Source: Negaprion brevirostris (taxonomy: Eukaryota). Taken from it: a stretch of DNA of 64,000 nucleotides. This document shows positions 1 to 12,832 of this stretch, piece after piece (the first letter of the stretch is position 1; each line of letters starts with the position of its first letter). The notes below the pieces were generated by a model. It did not search any database and was not told the DNA's origin. It worked only from the letters and a program-made list of their open reading frames with translations. A program made the position numbers and the translations under genes. The stretch is from contig JARDVH010000140.1 of the NCBI GenBank assembly GCA_030324005.1, positions 17,423,070 through 17,487,069 of the forward strand, written 5' to 3'.

Positions 1-689
1 TCCACGCATCCTGTAGTAGAACCATAATAAACTAATGTATTTCTTTTTGGAATTTGGTCATCACAACCGCAGATGGGACAAGATTGAATAAAGCCTTTTG
101 CTATAAAAACCGCCATGCTGGAGAGGAGATGGTGACTTAGGAGAATCTGTATTCAGTATTTTGGACCTTACTTTTAATTACTCTTACTCTATTGCCTCTC
201 TATAATGAGACTTTAATCCCTGACTGATGAGCAGACAATCTGTCTCAGGGCATCTTCAATGTAGTTTTTCAGAATAGCTACTGGGCAGGGACAATTCAGG
301 GTAATGCTGCTCGATTTCTTCCCTCTTGTGAAAGACTGCCAGTACTTCATGATCCACAAAACATGACCAGCTTGCAACCTATCCTCAAATAAGGTGAAAA
401 CAAGTAGTAGCCAGTCTAACTGACCAAAGATACACCAAGCTTTCATCACATAAAAGCACATCTTGTCAGATCAAGCCCAAGATAGGCCACAATGCCTTGT
501 GTCAGCTTGAATTCTGTTTGTCTCTCTTGTGGGGACCATAAATTGGATTCTGAATTTGGTTTTTGGAGCTGGCAAGCAATGGATTTGGGTTTGCTCGGTC
601 CATTCTGAGGATTGGCTTTGTAATTAAGGCTGGAGTAATTTTTTTTAAAAAAAGTAAATCAAAATTAAACAAAAGTAAAACACATTTTC

Positions 690-1320
690 AAATTCAGTTG
701 CACAAATCACAGTTTAGAAATTCAGATCATTAAAAAGCTTAACCAAGTGGGTTCATTGCTAGAATACAGAATTGAAGAACAGAGAAGTCATGTTAAACCA
801 GCATAGTGCCTTAGCTAAACCTTACTTGGATTACTACTGCCAAGTATTCTGGTCACCATATAAAATAGAGGACCACTGGAAAAGATGGAAATATAACCAG
901 AATGATAGCAGAACCATCTATCAGGAAAAAAAACAAACAGTTCTGGATGTTTTCCTCTAAAAATGAGAAGTCTGGGATGGGGGTTTGGAGGTGGGGATGT
1001 TGTGGTGACCTGATAGAAAACTAGGAAAGGATTTGCAGAATAGACAGAGGTACTTCCACTTGAGAGAGACCAGGTTAGGAATCATAAATAGAAGGTAGCC
1101 ACAGATGAATCAAAAAGGGAATTCAAGAGAAACTTCTTTAACCAGAGAATGACTAGAATAGGGAACTTGCTACCACAGAAATACTACCGGGTAACCAGCA
1201 CAGATGCATTTAAGGGTAAGGGAGATAAATACTTGAGGGAGAAAGTAAAGGTAGATGAAAATGGGTGAGAGAAGGCTTGTGTGGAGCATAAATGACTTAT
1301 ATTTGTTGGGCCGTAAATAC
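690..1320 (+). mobile_element. Decayed CR1-clade LINE, 3' part
   Basis: Remnant of KNREVML..Y..L.KPYLDYYCQVFWSPY (ORF 772-960), followed by typical CR1 3' sequence (agaaacttctttaaccagagaatg...gatgcatttaagggtaag). Confidence 0.7.
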
Positions 1321-1365
1321 TTTGCAAGACCACATTGGAGTTCAAGCATGGTAATGAACTGAGAA

Positions 1366-3045
1366 GAAAAACAGAAAATGCTAGAAATAGTCAGCAGCTC
1401 AGGACAAACAGTTAATTTTTCTGGTTGATGATCTTTCATCAAAACTGGGAAAAGTCAAAAATGAAGTGGGTTTAAGCAAGTGAAAGGTGGAGAGGGAGGG
1501 ACAATAAACAAAAGGGAAGATCTGTGATAGGGCATAAAACAGGAGAGGTAAAATGAAAAAGGAGTTGATGGTGCAAGGCCAAAGTGTGGACTGATGGAAC
1601 AAGTAAAGAAACACAACATGTATCAAGGGGAGATGTGAATGGTAGAAAGATGAAAAACTGCCACCCAAAAGCCAAAACAAGAGACACACCAATTTAAACC
1701 AAAATCAGCAAAAGGAAAAAAAAAATGGGTATAGAGGTTGCAGTATAAAGTTATTGAACTCAATGTTGAGCCAAGGTGGCTGTAAAGTGCCTAATTGAAA
1801 GATGAATGCTGTTCCTTCAGCATAAGTTGAACTTCATTGGAACATTGGGGAAGACAGAGAAGTTAGCATGAGAGCAAGATGGAGAATTAAAACAACAGGG
1901 CCCTGGAACCTTGCAGATGGAACAGCAGTGTTCACCAACACAGTTATCCAATGTGTGTTTGATCTCCTCAGTCTAGATCAGTCTGCATTCAGAGCAGCCA
2001 ATACAACACATTAAATTAAGGTAGTATGCACAAGTCACAGTTTCAATTGGAAGGACCATGAATGGTGGAGACTGAGGTGGTAAGAAAAGCAGGCAATATA
2101 TTTCCTGTGCTTGTATAAAATGGTGCTGTGGGAGGGGTTGGAAGTGCGGGTGTGAAAAGTGAACCAGGATACTGAGGAGGGAATGATCCCTTTAGAATGC
2201 TGGGAGGGGGAGGAGAGTGGAAGATGTGTTTGGTGGTGGTATTGTATTGAAGGTGGCAGAAATGGTGGAGAATGATCAGTTGAGTAAGGAGACTGATGAG
2301 GTGCAAGATGAGGACCAGGACAACTGTAAGGTGCAACTGGGAGAGAGCAGGGAGGGAAAGGCTAAGATTAGAATTACAGGAAGTCAGCGCAGTTAACTGT
2401 GGTCCTTCTAGGGGGAAGCCTTAATTGAGGAAAAAGATGTCTCAGATGAAAGGCTGCATCATTCAAGTCAAATGGGGAGACAGCGAACTGGAAGAATGGA
2501 ATGGACATAACTGTCTCAAAGGCCAGTGGTCTTAACACAACAGATTAAAAAATCAAGTTCAGAAGTGGGACTTGCGGAAGTGCTGCTGAGTGAGTTGTGT
2601 ATCACTGGATTACTGGTAATTAGTTGCTGATAGCCTATCCCCACGATTGAAGACAGAAGTCAAATAAGGGAAGAGTCAGAGATTGACCATGAAGAGAGGA
2701 AATTGGAAACAAAGTTGATAAAAAAATTCAGTTCAGGGTGAGAGCAGGAAATTGCACTGAAACACTGATCAATATAATTGAAAAAAGGTGAGGCAGGTGA
2801 CTTGAGTCCCCACACCCTATCAAAAAAAAACGCAGGCACAGCTAGGCTGTACATGTGAACCCACAGCAACAACTTTTATTTTGAGGAAGTCAATGGAGCT
2901 AAAAGGAGATGTTGTTCATTGTGCAGGATGCCCTGGTGAAGAACACCCATGATAGAGATGGTTAGGGCAGGATATTGGACAACATCTAAAGAGTTAGAAA
3001 CAAAGGTGGGAAGAGACTGGACAAGGTTTTACAATCTCTGTACAG
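1366..3045 (-). mobile_element. Decayed Penelope-like element (RT/GIY-YIG remnant plus terminal repeat)
   Basis: The - strand of about 1750-2050 gives degenerate NL..CI.CS.C.L...E.K..L and a C-terminal LG.LQP..LNIEFNN motif of the PLE GIY-YIG region; the end acagaaaatgctagaaatagtcagcag matches the terminal repeat also seen near 5030, 44750 and 56280. Confidence 0.7.
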
Positions 3046-3079
3046 AGCAATAAAGGTGATATTTTCATTGACCACGCAC

Positions 3080-3421
3080 TAAGTGGATAGAGTGGACATG
3101 GAAAGGATCTTTCCACTAGTAGGAAAACTAGAACCAGAGGGCACAGCTTCAGTTAAAGAGACAATCCTTTAAACACAGATGAGGAGAATTTCTTCAGCCA
3201 GAGTGGTGAATTTGTGGAACTCTTTGCCACAGAAGGCTGTGGAGGCCAGGTCATTGAGTGTCTTTAAAAAAGAGATTGATAGGTTCTTGATTAATAAAGG
3301 AATCAGGGGTTATGGGGAAAGGCAGAAGAATGGGGATGAGAAAAATATCAGCCATGATTGAATGGCGGAGCAGACTCAATGGGCTGACTGGCCTAATTCT
3401 GCTTCTACGTCTTATGGTCTA
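3080..3421 (+). mobile_element. CR1 LINE 3' end
   Basis: ORF 3179-3361 RVVNLWNSLPQKAVEARSLSVFKKEIDRFL plus the 3' tail atcagccatgattgaatggcggagcagactc...tcttatggtct. Confidence 0.9.
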
Positions 3422-4704
3422 ATAAGATTTCACATTCAGGCTTTTACTGTAACAAACAAACTAGACTAAACATTATTTAATTGGCAATTAATGCACCAAA
3501 TTACATAAGTATACTCCATTAATCTAATTTCTCAACACAACATAACTCCATGTCACATTTATATATCACATTGCACTCAACAGAAATTTAATCTTCTTTA
3601 TAAAATTGTGAATCCACGGCTTCAATGGAATCCCTTCTCCCTATTCTACCAGGGTTAATCATCCAGTGTCTTTAAAATAAAGCCGCTCCATTCAACCTTG
3701 AGTATAACTGAATGGACTTCTAGTAGCAAAATGCCCTTTGAAGAAATGTAAAGATTTAAAGACCATGGTCTTGTCAAAGAGGAATCAGTGCCTCCCTACT
3801 AGCATTCTTCTTGGTGATTAACCAGAAAACAGAGACATTTTCCTTGCTTAGCAGCACCTGTTTTAAATCCNNNNNNNNNNNNNNNNNNNNNNNNNNNNNN
3901 NNNNNNNNNNNNNNNNNNNNNNNNNNNNNNNNNNNNNNNNNNNNNNNNNNNNNNNNNNNNNNNNNNNNNNNNNNNNNNNNNNNNNNNNNNNNNNNNNNNN
4001 NNNNNNNNNNNNNNNNNNNNNNNNNNNNNNNNNNNNNNNNNNNNNNNNNNNNNNNNNNNNNNNNNNNNNNNNNNNNNNNNNNNNNNNNNNNNNNNNNNNN
4101 NNNNNNNNNNNNNNNNNNNNNNNNNNNNNNNNNNNNNNNNNNNNNNNNNNNNNNNNNNNNNNNNNNNNNNNNNNNNNNNNNNNNNNNNNNNNNNNNNNNN
4201 NNNNNNNNNNNNNNNNNNNNNNNNNNNNNNNNNNNNNNNNNNNNNNNNNNNNNNNNNNNNNNNNNNNNNNNNNNNNNNNNNNNNNNNNNNNNNNNNNNNN
4301 NNNNNNNNNNNNNNNNNNNNNNNNNNNNNNNNNNNNNNNNNNNNNNNNNNNNNNNNNNNNNNNNNNNNNNNNNNNNNNNNNNNNNNNNNNNNNNNNNNNN
4401 NNNNNNNNNNNNNNNNNNNNNNNNNNNNNNNNNNNNNNNNNNNNNNNNNNNNNNNNNNNNNNNNNNNNNNNNNNNNNNNNNNNNNNNNNNNNNNNNNNNN
4501 NNNNNNNNNNNNNNNNNNNNNNNNNNNNNNNNNNNNNNNNNNNNNNNNNNNNNNNNNNNNNNNNNNNNNNNNNNNNNNNNNNNNNNNNNNNNNNNNNNNN
4601 NNNNNNNNNNNNNNNNNNNNNNNNNNNNNNNNNNNNNNNNNNNNNNNNNNNNNNNNNNNNNNNNNNNNNNNNNNNNNNNNNNNNNNNNNNNNNNNNNNNN
4701 NNNN

Positions 4705-4960
4705 CGACTCCTAAACTCAATCCCTCGATTGATGAAGGCCAGTACACCATACGCCTTCTTAACCACATCCTCTACCTGCAAAGCCAATTTGAGAGTCCTA
4801 TGAACCCAGACCCCAAGATCCTTCTGATCTTCCACACTGCCAAGCGTCTTATCCTTAATATTATATTCCGTCATCCCATGTGACCTGCCCAAATAAACCA
4901 GCACACACTTGTCCAGATTGAAGTCCATCTGCCACTTCTCCGCCCAGTCTTGCATCCTAT
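4705..4960 (-). mobile_element. CR1 LINE RT C-terminal fragment running into an N gap
   Basis: WAEKWQMDFNLDKC...DLGVWVHRTLK...KKAYGVLAFINRGIEFRS. Confidence 0.9.
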
Positions 4961-6503
4961 GGAAATAGAGCAGGAATACTGGAAAGGTGTAAAAAAAAGT
5001 CTGCTGTATGGGGGAAAAGATTCCTGCTGAGTACTTTCAGCATTTTCTGTTTCCATTTCAGATTTTTAGCAGCATTTTGCTATTGTACTTGTGCATTGAG
5101 GAAGTGCCTAACAAGTGAAGTCCCATTTTGCAGGAGATCACTCTGCAGTTAAAGAAATGTCATCTCCTTCCAGTGTTCTAGCAAATATGCATAATTTGAA
5201 TGCTCTGAAAAAGCACAAAAACATTTGAAAAGGTATTTCTGAAACACCTGAACACTTGTGAAGTGAATAAACTGCCTCAAATTATAAAAAGGGCCTCTGG
5301 TAAATTAAAGGTTATTGTACAGTTACATAACTAAAAATTACATATCTATGTGCTTACAGGGATGAAGGGAGCAACAAAACCATAAGAATGGAACGCAGAG
5401 CCACACATGGAATGTCAATGTGGACAATAACGAAGTCAGAATGGCAGTGAATGGGGAACCATTTGATATTACAAAAAGGGACATATTTCATTACAAATGC
5501 ACACAGGCGATTCAGAATGAATGCTAAGTGGGGATAAATAGAAAGTTGTATTTATAATAAATGTCTGCTTCTGTTTTGGCTGCCACAGGGGTGAGACATA
5601 ATTCTTTAAAGCCTGGAGTACAGCTGGAAAAATGAAGCTCAACAAGGTACTTTCACAATTTTACCTATTGCAAGCATTGAAATGTTGTTTTTTGTTCACC
5701 CATCAAAAATACAAGCTTAAGGGTGTGTGTTATAAATTAGTTTGAGCTTATAATTGTACCCAATATCTACCACACAATCACAACATTTTAAAACATGTTA
5801 TTGCTCCATTTTATTGTACTAACAAGCCAAGAAATGAAAGAATACACCATTCAAAGGAATTGTAAACAGTCAAAGCGCCTTCTTACAAAGCAACATTGAA
5901 ATTTAATTCTATATATATTAGATCCTTTTCTTGACATATCAGCATGATGAAAAAGAGGTTTGAAATCTGGCCACCAACCAGAATTTGTAAAATGGAGAAA
6001 ACAAGATAAAAACCTTCAACTATCACCACCTCAGAATACAACAAATACTTGTTTCCAGATCACCGTAAAAAGATGCAACCATTGCACAAAGAGGGCTAAT
6101 TCTCAAAACTTTGCAACGCTTATCGGAATTATTGTATTGCCCAATAACCATGTGGTCCTGCAAACACTGACATAAACCAACTCAGACAGAAGGAAGTTTT
6201 TAATTTATTGCAATCCCACACAGACTATTCCACAAATCACAACTTTAATTTGAGAAACCCATTTTTAAAGTTAAAATTAGAGTTTTGGAACAGGCTTTTT
6301 GCATTGTGAAGTTCTGAAACAGGGACAACACTAAAGTACAAACTAGAAAAATAGAAAAAGAACTGTCTTCCAAACAAACAAAACAGGTATTCTCAGCATG
6401 GTGAAAATGAGCAAATCTCAAATCAGTTAAATCAAATGTAAAGAAACTGATTAATTAACTTGTTGATCCCTCAGATTTGATACAAAACAAGATGGAGTCT
6501 CAC

Positions 6504-6546
6504 CTATCAGCCATTTGGGGAATGACGTAATGCCCATTTTTGTGAT
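6504..6546 (-). CDS. GIT1: GIT1 coding exon 8 (43 nt): (D)HKNGHYVIPQMAD(S/R)
   Basis: Acceptor tttccacag|AT CAC AAA AAT GGG CAT TAC GTC ATT CCC CAA ATG GCT GAT AG|gtgaga donor; phase 1 in, phase 2 out. Not in the ORF track. Confidence 0.95.
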
Positions 6547-7604
6547 CTGTGGAAAAGGGAGAATGAAAAACATCAGTGTTATGCTAATAAACCACAAAGG
6601 GGTTTGACCTACATCAGAAGGAAGATTGTCTGGCTCTTAACGCAACTGAACAATCCTTAGAGGAATATTCCAGGCTTCAGATTCAGTGGAAAGCAAGGAG
6701 TACTTTCCAGTGTTTTGAAATTAGTCTGCCCAATTCATATCTACATTAGATATTAAATAGGACATTTAAAAAATGCAGCTGAAGTAAATTATTCTTATAT
6801 TTAGGCTTTTTGGTGGCCTTACCTAACGAAGATAATGCAAAATGCTGCATTTTTTTGTACATTGGATTCATACTTGTTGCATAGCATTGGAAAAGCTTTT
6901 GCAAATAAANNNNNNNNNNNNNNNNNNNNNNNNNNNNNNNNNNNNNNNNNNNNNNNNNNNNNNNNNNNNNNNNNNNNNNNNNNNNNNNNNNNNNNNNNNN
7001 NNNNNNNNNNNNNNNNNNNNNNNNNNNNNNNNNNNNNNNNNNNNNNNNNNNNNNNNNNNNNNNNNNNNNNNNNNNNNNNNNNNNNNNNNNNNNNNNNNNN
7101 NNNNNNNNNNNNNNNNNNNNNNNNNNNNNNNNNNNNNNNNNNNNNNNNNNNNNNNNNNNNNNNNNNNNNNNNNNNNNNNNNNNNNNNNNNNNNNNNNNNN
7201 NNNNNNNNNNNNNNNNNNNNNNNNNNNNNNNNNNNNNNNNNNNNNNNNNNNNNNNNNNNNNNNNNNNNNNNNTGCTTTTATCATTCTTGGTAGTAGATGC
7301 TTGGAGCTGAGAAGTGGGAATCTCTAGTGTTGTAGCAGTTACATCAGTGAAGTAAACTGATGTCCATGATGGTGCAAACTTCTAGAGTGTTGTCGCAGTT
7401 ACTGTGACAAGTCTTTAGTCGTACCCATGACCGTTGTGGATGGTGAAGTAGTTTTGTAGGGTCAGGTTATCAAGTAGAGTATCTTGAAATTGCTAATTTC
7501 CCATTATAAACTAGGTATTTGATTATTGGATGCAAAATATGTTGGAGTAAGTTTTCAATTTAGCACTGACTTATAATAGGTTTAGTATTGGGGCTCAATC
7601 CCCA

Positions 7605-8860
7605 TGACCAAAACTGCACACAATATTTGGGCATGGTCCTACCAACGCCCTGTGCAGCTGCAGTTAAACATCTGAGCTTGTATTCAAATCCTCTTGCAAT
7701 AAAGGCTAACATGTAATTTGCTTTCCTAATTGCTGACTGTACCAACATGCCTGCTTTCAGTGACTGGTGTATTAGGATGCCTTTGTATTTCCCAATCTAT
7801 CACCATTTAAATAATATTCTGACGCCGTGCTTCTCCATCTGAAGTGGATAACCTTACATTTATCCATGTTGTACTGCATCTGCCATGTATTTGCCCAAAT
7901 CACCTTGAAGCTTTTTAGCATCCCCCTCATCACTCACATTTCCATCAAGTTTTGTGTCATCAGCAAACTTGGAAAATATTAAATTTGGTTCTCTCATCCA
8001 AATTACTGATAAATATTGTGAATAGCTGGGGTGTGAGCACTGATCCCTGTGAGACACTGCCCGCCACTTTGAAAAAGACCCTTTTATTCCTACTCTCCAC
8101 TTCCTGTCTGCTAACCAAATCTTAACCCATGCAAATATATTACTCCCAATTCCACATGCTTCAATTTTGCACATGAACATTTTGCGTGGGATTTTATCGA
8201 AAGCTTTCTGAAAATCCAAATACATCGCATCCACTGGTTCGCCTTTGTTTATTCTGCCAGTTACATCCTCAAAAAACTCCAGTATGTTTGTTAAATAGGA
8301 CTTTTCTTTCATAAATCCAGGTTGACTTTGTCTAATCCCATTGATATTTTCTAAGTGCCCTATTATCACATCTTTTATAATAGACTCTATCATTTCTCTA
8401 CGGCTGATATTAGGCTTACTGGCCTGCAATTCTGGATTTCTCCCTCATTTTTTAAAATTTTTTTACATTTGCCACCCTCCAATTTGCAAGACTGTTCCAG
8501 GATTTACAGTATTTTGTGAGATGACAACCAACACATCATCTACTTCCTTGGCTGCCTCCTTTAGTACCTTGGGATGTAGATGATTAGGCCCTGGGGATTT
8601 ATTAGCTTTCAGTCCTATTTATTCCGCTAGCACTATATTTGTAGTAATATTCATTTCCTTCAATTCTTCCTTCTCATCAGACCCATGGTTCACGAGTTTT
8701 TTTTATTAATTATGTGTCCCTCTGTGAAAACAGAACTAAAGTAGTTGGTTGAAAGATCTGCCATTTCCTTGTTCTCCATTAAAAATCTTCCCTTTTGGAC
8801 TTTTAAGGGATTTACATTTGGCTTTGCAAAATCTTTTTCTATTCACATACTTATAGAAGG
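7605..8860 (-). mobile_element. CR1 LINE ORF2 (RT) fragment
   Basis: ORF 7860-8429 with GFMKEKSYLTNILEFFE, YLDFQKAFDK and SKFADDTKL; ORF 7560-7748 KANYMLAFIARGFEYK. Confidence 0.92.
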
Positions 8861-9259
8861 AAATGAAAGGCTATAATAAAATTCTGGAATTGGGGAAGAT
8901 TTTACCAAAATTGCTCAAGTCATGAAATCCTTTAATCACCCTGCAGTATTACAACATGGCTGTGGCTAGCTGGAACTTCAAATTAGGCAATAGAGATGTG
9001 AACAGCCATGGTAGCTTAGTTCTTTGATGACCAGTACTGTTGTTGGCTGGAGGGAGAATGGCAAGTAGCATAAAAAAACAATGTTTACAGAAAGTTGTTG
9101 CCATTGAAAAGAACAGTGGCATGTTGAGTCTGGAATGCTAATCCTGAAGCAGTCAATCCATGACAAGATGGTAGCATAAAACAATAAGTGGTGTAACTTA
9201 GAACAATGCATTAACTTGAAAATATGTGGATTATTAGGCCAACTTGAGAACCATTTACA

Positions 9260-9785
9260 AACCATCTCCTAACGTCACAAAGCTTGCCCTACAAAGCACA
9301 AGTTAGGAGTTTGATCGTATGCACTCAATTTGCAGTTCAAACAACACTCAAAGGTTAACCCCTTCCAGGGGAAAGCAACTTGCTTGTTTGGCACCCCATC
9401 ATCCACTTTAAACATTCACACCTTCAACCACTGGTGTACAGAGGTAAGTATGCATTAACAAGATGTAACTCACCAAACCTGGTTCAACAGCATCTTTCAA
9501 ACTCATCACCTCCAACACAGAAGACCAAANNNNNNNNNNNNNNNNNNNNNNACCATCAGCTGCAGGCTCCTGCTGCAAGCCACCCACCGTCCTGACTTGA
9601 AATATATTGCCATTACTTCACTGTTGCTTCATCAAAATCATGGAACAGCATTGTTGTTGTACCTACACCAGGACTGCAGCAGTTCAAGAAAGCGGTTCAC
9701 TAACATCTTCTCAAGAGAATTTAGGGATAGACAAAAAATGCTCATGCCTTGCCAGTGATACTCGCATCCCATGAAAGAACAAAGA
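9260..9785 (+). mobile_element. Second CR1/L2-group LINE family, 3' fragment
   Basis: Shares tacaaagcacaagttaggagt...tcctgacttgaaatat...ggactgcagcagttcaagaa...cccatgaa with copies near 15.5, 30.3, 34.2, 42.3 and 60.3 kb. Confidence 0.75.
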
Positions 9786-10115
9786 AATAATATAGAGTAA
9801 GTTGCAGGAGTGAAAAATACATGGATCATAGCTTCATAAATAGGCCATTAAGAGGAAGGCATTTATACAATAGTATGCATTTCAATTCCCTCCTCGGATT
9901 GTGTTGTTGACAATTACATCTATTTTGAAAAAGCTTCAGTTGAAAGTTTAGGCTTAAAAGTTGTATTTGTTATTCATTTTTCGGTTTGGAAAAGGGAGAA
10001 TTTGGGCACCTCATTGAATAAAAACAATTGGAATCTATATTTATAGCCTTTTCAATCACACTTATAGTATAAACAGGGTGCATGCACTTCAGGTGCCTTT
10101 GCGAAAATCACTTAC

Positions 10116-10210
10116 CTGGCCTCCGTCCACAAAGGTAAAATGCCAATCTATCCGTAAGTTCATACTGACACTCCACCAGCCTGTCAGCGAGATCATGGTG
10201 ATTTGCTTGC
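10116..10210 (-). CDS. GIT1: GIT1 coding exon 7 (95 nt): (R)QANHHDLADRLVECQYELTDRLAFYLCGRRP
   Basis: tttggtag|G CAA GCA AAT...AGG CCA G|gtaagt; phase 2 in, phase 1 out. Confidence 0.96.
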
Positions 10211-12701
10211 CTACCAAAATTAAAGAATAAAGGTCACAGGGAGGCAAGAACAAGAATTTAGCCCATCTCATGGTCAGTCCCTTACAGTCACACAATGCAT
10301 TTTGAATAACAGACAATAAAAATCATAAAGACTGTTCTTGGATAAGTAGCAAAGTAGTCAGAAAGAACTAATTAAACTGCTTTATTCAGTTGTGATAGAT
10401 AAGTAAACTAGATTCTTATTGTCACATGAAAGATATCTTTTGTGACTTATCAGCCCAGATCTAGTTTCTGGATCGTCACAGACCAGATATACCTTCTATT
10501 AATTCTGTGGGAATTGCCTGGGAGGTTTGAATTTCCAACGAGCAATTCCCCTGCTCCAACATATTCCTCAAAACCCTGAGCTTTCTGCAAAGAAGGTAGT
10601 ATGTCTGTGTGTGCACGTGTAAATTATTTAATTAACCTGGGGAAAGGTTCATGGGGACCACTTGTCTGGAAGAACTAAGACATGAAATGGTGAAGGTGCT
10701 AAATGCATGCATTTGTAATGAAACTACGGTCAAGGTGGTTTTCTAAGTAAATAGGCTAAGTTTAGAAATTTGATTAGGAAATACATAGGGACTACATTCA
10801 GCTGGTAGATTTCAAAGGGGAGTAAGGAACTTTTACAACAAAAGTTTCACGAGTATACAAGGGAAGGCATTACATTTTATTTGACACAAAAATGGGGGCC
10901 CACAGGAAAACATGAAAGATTTTAATATTTTGGAAAAGTTGAGTTAAAAGAAATGCTGAGAACAACGGAATCATAAATGAAAGCGAAAAAGTTAAGGAGA
11001 AATGTTGATTAGGTGTTGGCTGCACGAGGAAGGTGCAGTCCGAATCAACCAACAAGTCAAGCCAGAAGAACGCTGGGCTGCAAAAAGCAGTCTAGTTTTG
11101 AAGTTTTGGATTGCCACAGCAGAGTGGAAACGAATTTGAGAAGTCGTGGGCAATGTTACTGGATTTTTATAGTTAGATATCTGCAAGAGTGTGTTACTGA
11201 CCAAGTAGAGAGTCTTTAAGGTAATGCTTTAAAAGACTCATTTTAACTGTGTAACTGTAATCTTGTGTGCTTAAATTTTCTTTGCTTTTCATAAATTTTT
11301 TAAGTGGAATTTTTTTAAATCCCAAAAGTGTTTAAGTTTTCTTCTCATTGTCGAACATAAAAAAACCAGGTATGACCCATAAGCCAAGTTTCCCTCTAAG
11401 ATTTCGCTNNNNNNNNNNNNNNNNNNNNNNNNNNNNNNNNNNNNNNNNNNNNNNNNNNNNNNNNNNNNNNNNNNNNNNNNNNNNNNNNNNNNNNNNNNNN
11501 NNNNNNNNCATAAGCCAAGTTTCCCTCTAAGATTTCGCTTGCTCAACACTTAACATCTGCTTTGTTCATAACATCCACGTGTTTGGAAAACTTAGGCCAT
11601 GATCTTTTCAAGATGATTTTACAGTTTCAGAATGGTGGTCTGTGGGCAATACACTCCTGTTCATCATCAACAGGGGTCATTAAATGATTGGACCTTACTT
11701 TCAGCCCATGAATGAATTTTGAAAAAAGGTTCTCAGTCTAAACTGAACTTTCTTCTTACTGTTTCTGTATTATCAAAAAAAAAATCAACTGCAAAAACAG
11801 AAGAATAATCACACTTCATGCATTAAAGGGAAAGGCAGACCAAAACTTAAGGGAGAGGTAAATAGGTAATGCTGTTTAGGTTAAATGAAACATGGTGTGA
11901 GCAGGCTCGTGGGGAGCATGGCCACCTGTATAGATCTGTTAGGCTGAAATGGCCTATTTCAATGCTGTAAAATTCTATGCAAATGCAAGTCTACAAAATA
12001 ATTTATACAAGGTCTCTTTGGGATAATACATTGAATTCCCATTCTGGAAAAATTATACTAAATGGATTCTCATTTTTTGCCTGCTGCTTAGTATGTTGGA
12101 GGTCAGTTGCATTGAACATTGGCTTTTGTTTTTAAATATTGAGGACTATATTAAGCACAAATGACTGCCCACCTGGATGCTCTTACAATCCTTGGCCAGA
12201 CTCCCAGGGTTGTTGGTTGGGCCGAGTTAGTGATTTGTTTCTCTTTTATAACCAGTGACATTTTCAGGGCACGTACAGCTAATTCTTCAGATGAATTTGT
12301 ATTGCTGACATGATAATTTTATCACATTAAAAAGTATGCATTTTCCTGAGCATATGCCAAGGGCACAACCTTTGGGGATTTAAACTATCGACAGTTTGTA
12401 ACAAAACCCTGCATCCATCTTTCATTGGAATACTTTAATTTTGCTTAACTATTTCCATAGCAAAAACATGGAAACAGAACATAAATATCAAAATGTACAC
12501 AACAGTACATGTCCTCAAAAGAGATGTATTTTTATGAAACAATCCAAATGAAAAACCAAACACTGTATTGCTTCCCGGCATGTTTTAAAATCAACTGCCG
12601 CAACAACAGTTGTAACCCCCATAGAGATTGCACTGATTTGGAGCAATAATGTAAATGAAGTAAAAATGTACAAGATGAGAAGATCTTTCCTCCTCACTGA
12701 C

Positions 12702-12832
12702 CTGGCATAATCTATGGGAGTTCTGCCATTAACATCAGGCGCTCCAGGATCTGCACCGTAGACAACCAGAAGTTCAGCCTGATGTATTTGTCCTGCTTTA
12801 GCAGCCACATGCAAGGGAGTGGTACCTTTTTC
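12702..12832 (-). CDS. GIT1: GIT1 coding exon 6 (131 nt), ankyrin repeats: EKGTTPLHVAAKAGQIHQAELLVVYGADPGAPDVNGRTPIDYA(R)
   Basis: ttcatcag|GAA AAA GGT...GCC AG|gtcagt; overlaps ORF 12515-12814. Confidence 0.97.

Noticed and set aside
3774-4955. Long ORFs containing X runs (also at 6.8, 39-40, 46.7 and 56.5-57.5 kb)
   Set aside because: Their length comes from N gaps; the real parts are LINE fragments or noise.
5555-5680. Acceptor-like sites as candidates for the GIT1 microexon
   Set aside because: No matching donor 27 nt away, an in-frame stop in one candidate, and no similarity to RSRQKCMSQ.
7272-7470. Thr/Ser-rich mucin-like reading on the - strand with a 17-bp imperfect repeat
   Set aside because: Interrupted by stops and frameshifts, with no splice support.
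11378-11539. Direct repeats flanking 100-N gaps (also about 26700/26839, 32145/32263, 37746/37859)
   Set aside because: Identical or near-identical contig ends on both sides of fixed-length gaps indicate unmerged overlaps, not biological repeats or CRISPR-like arrays.
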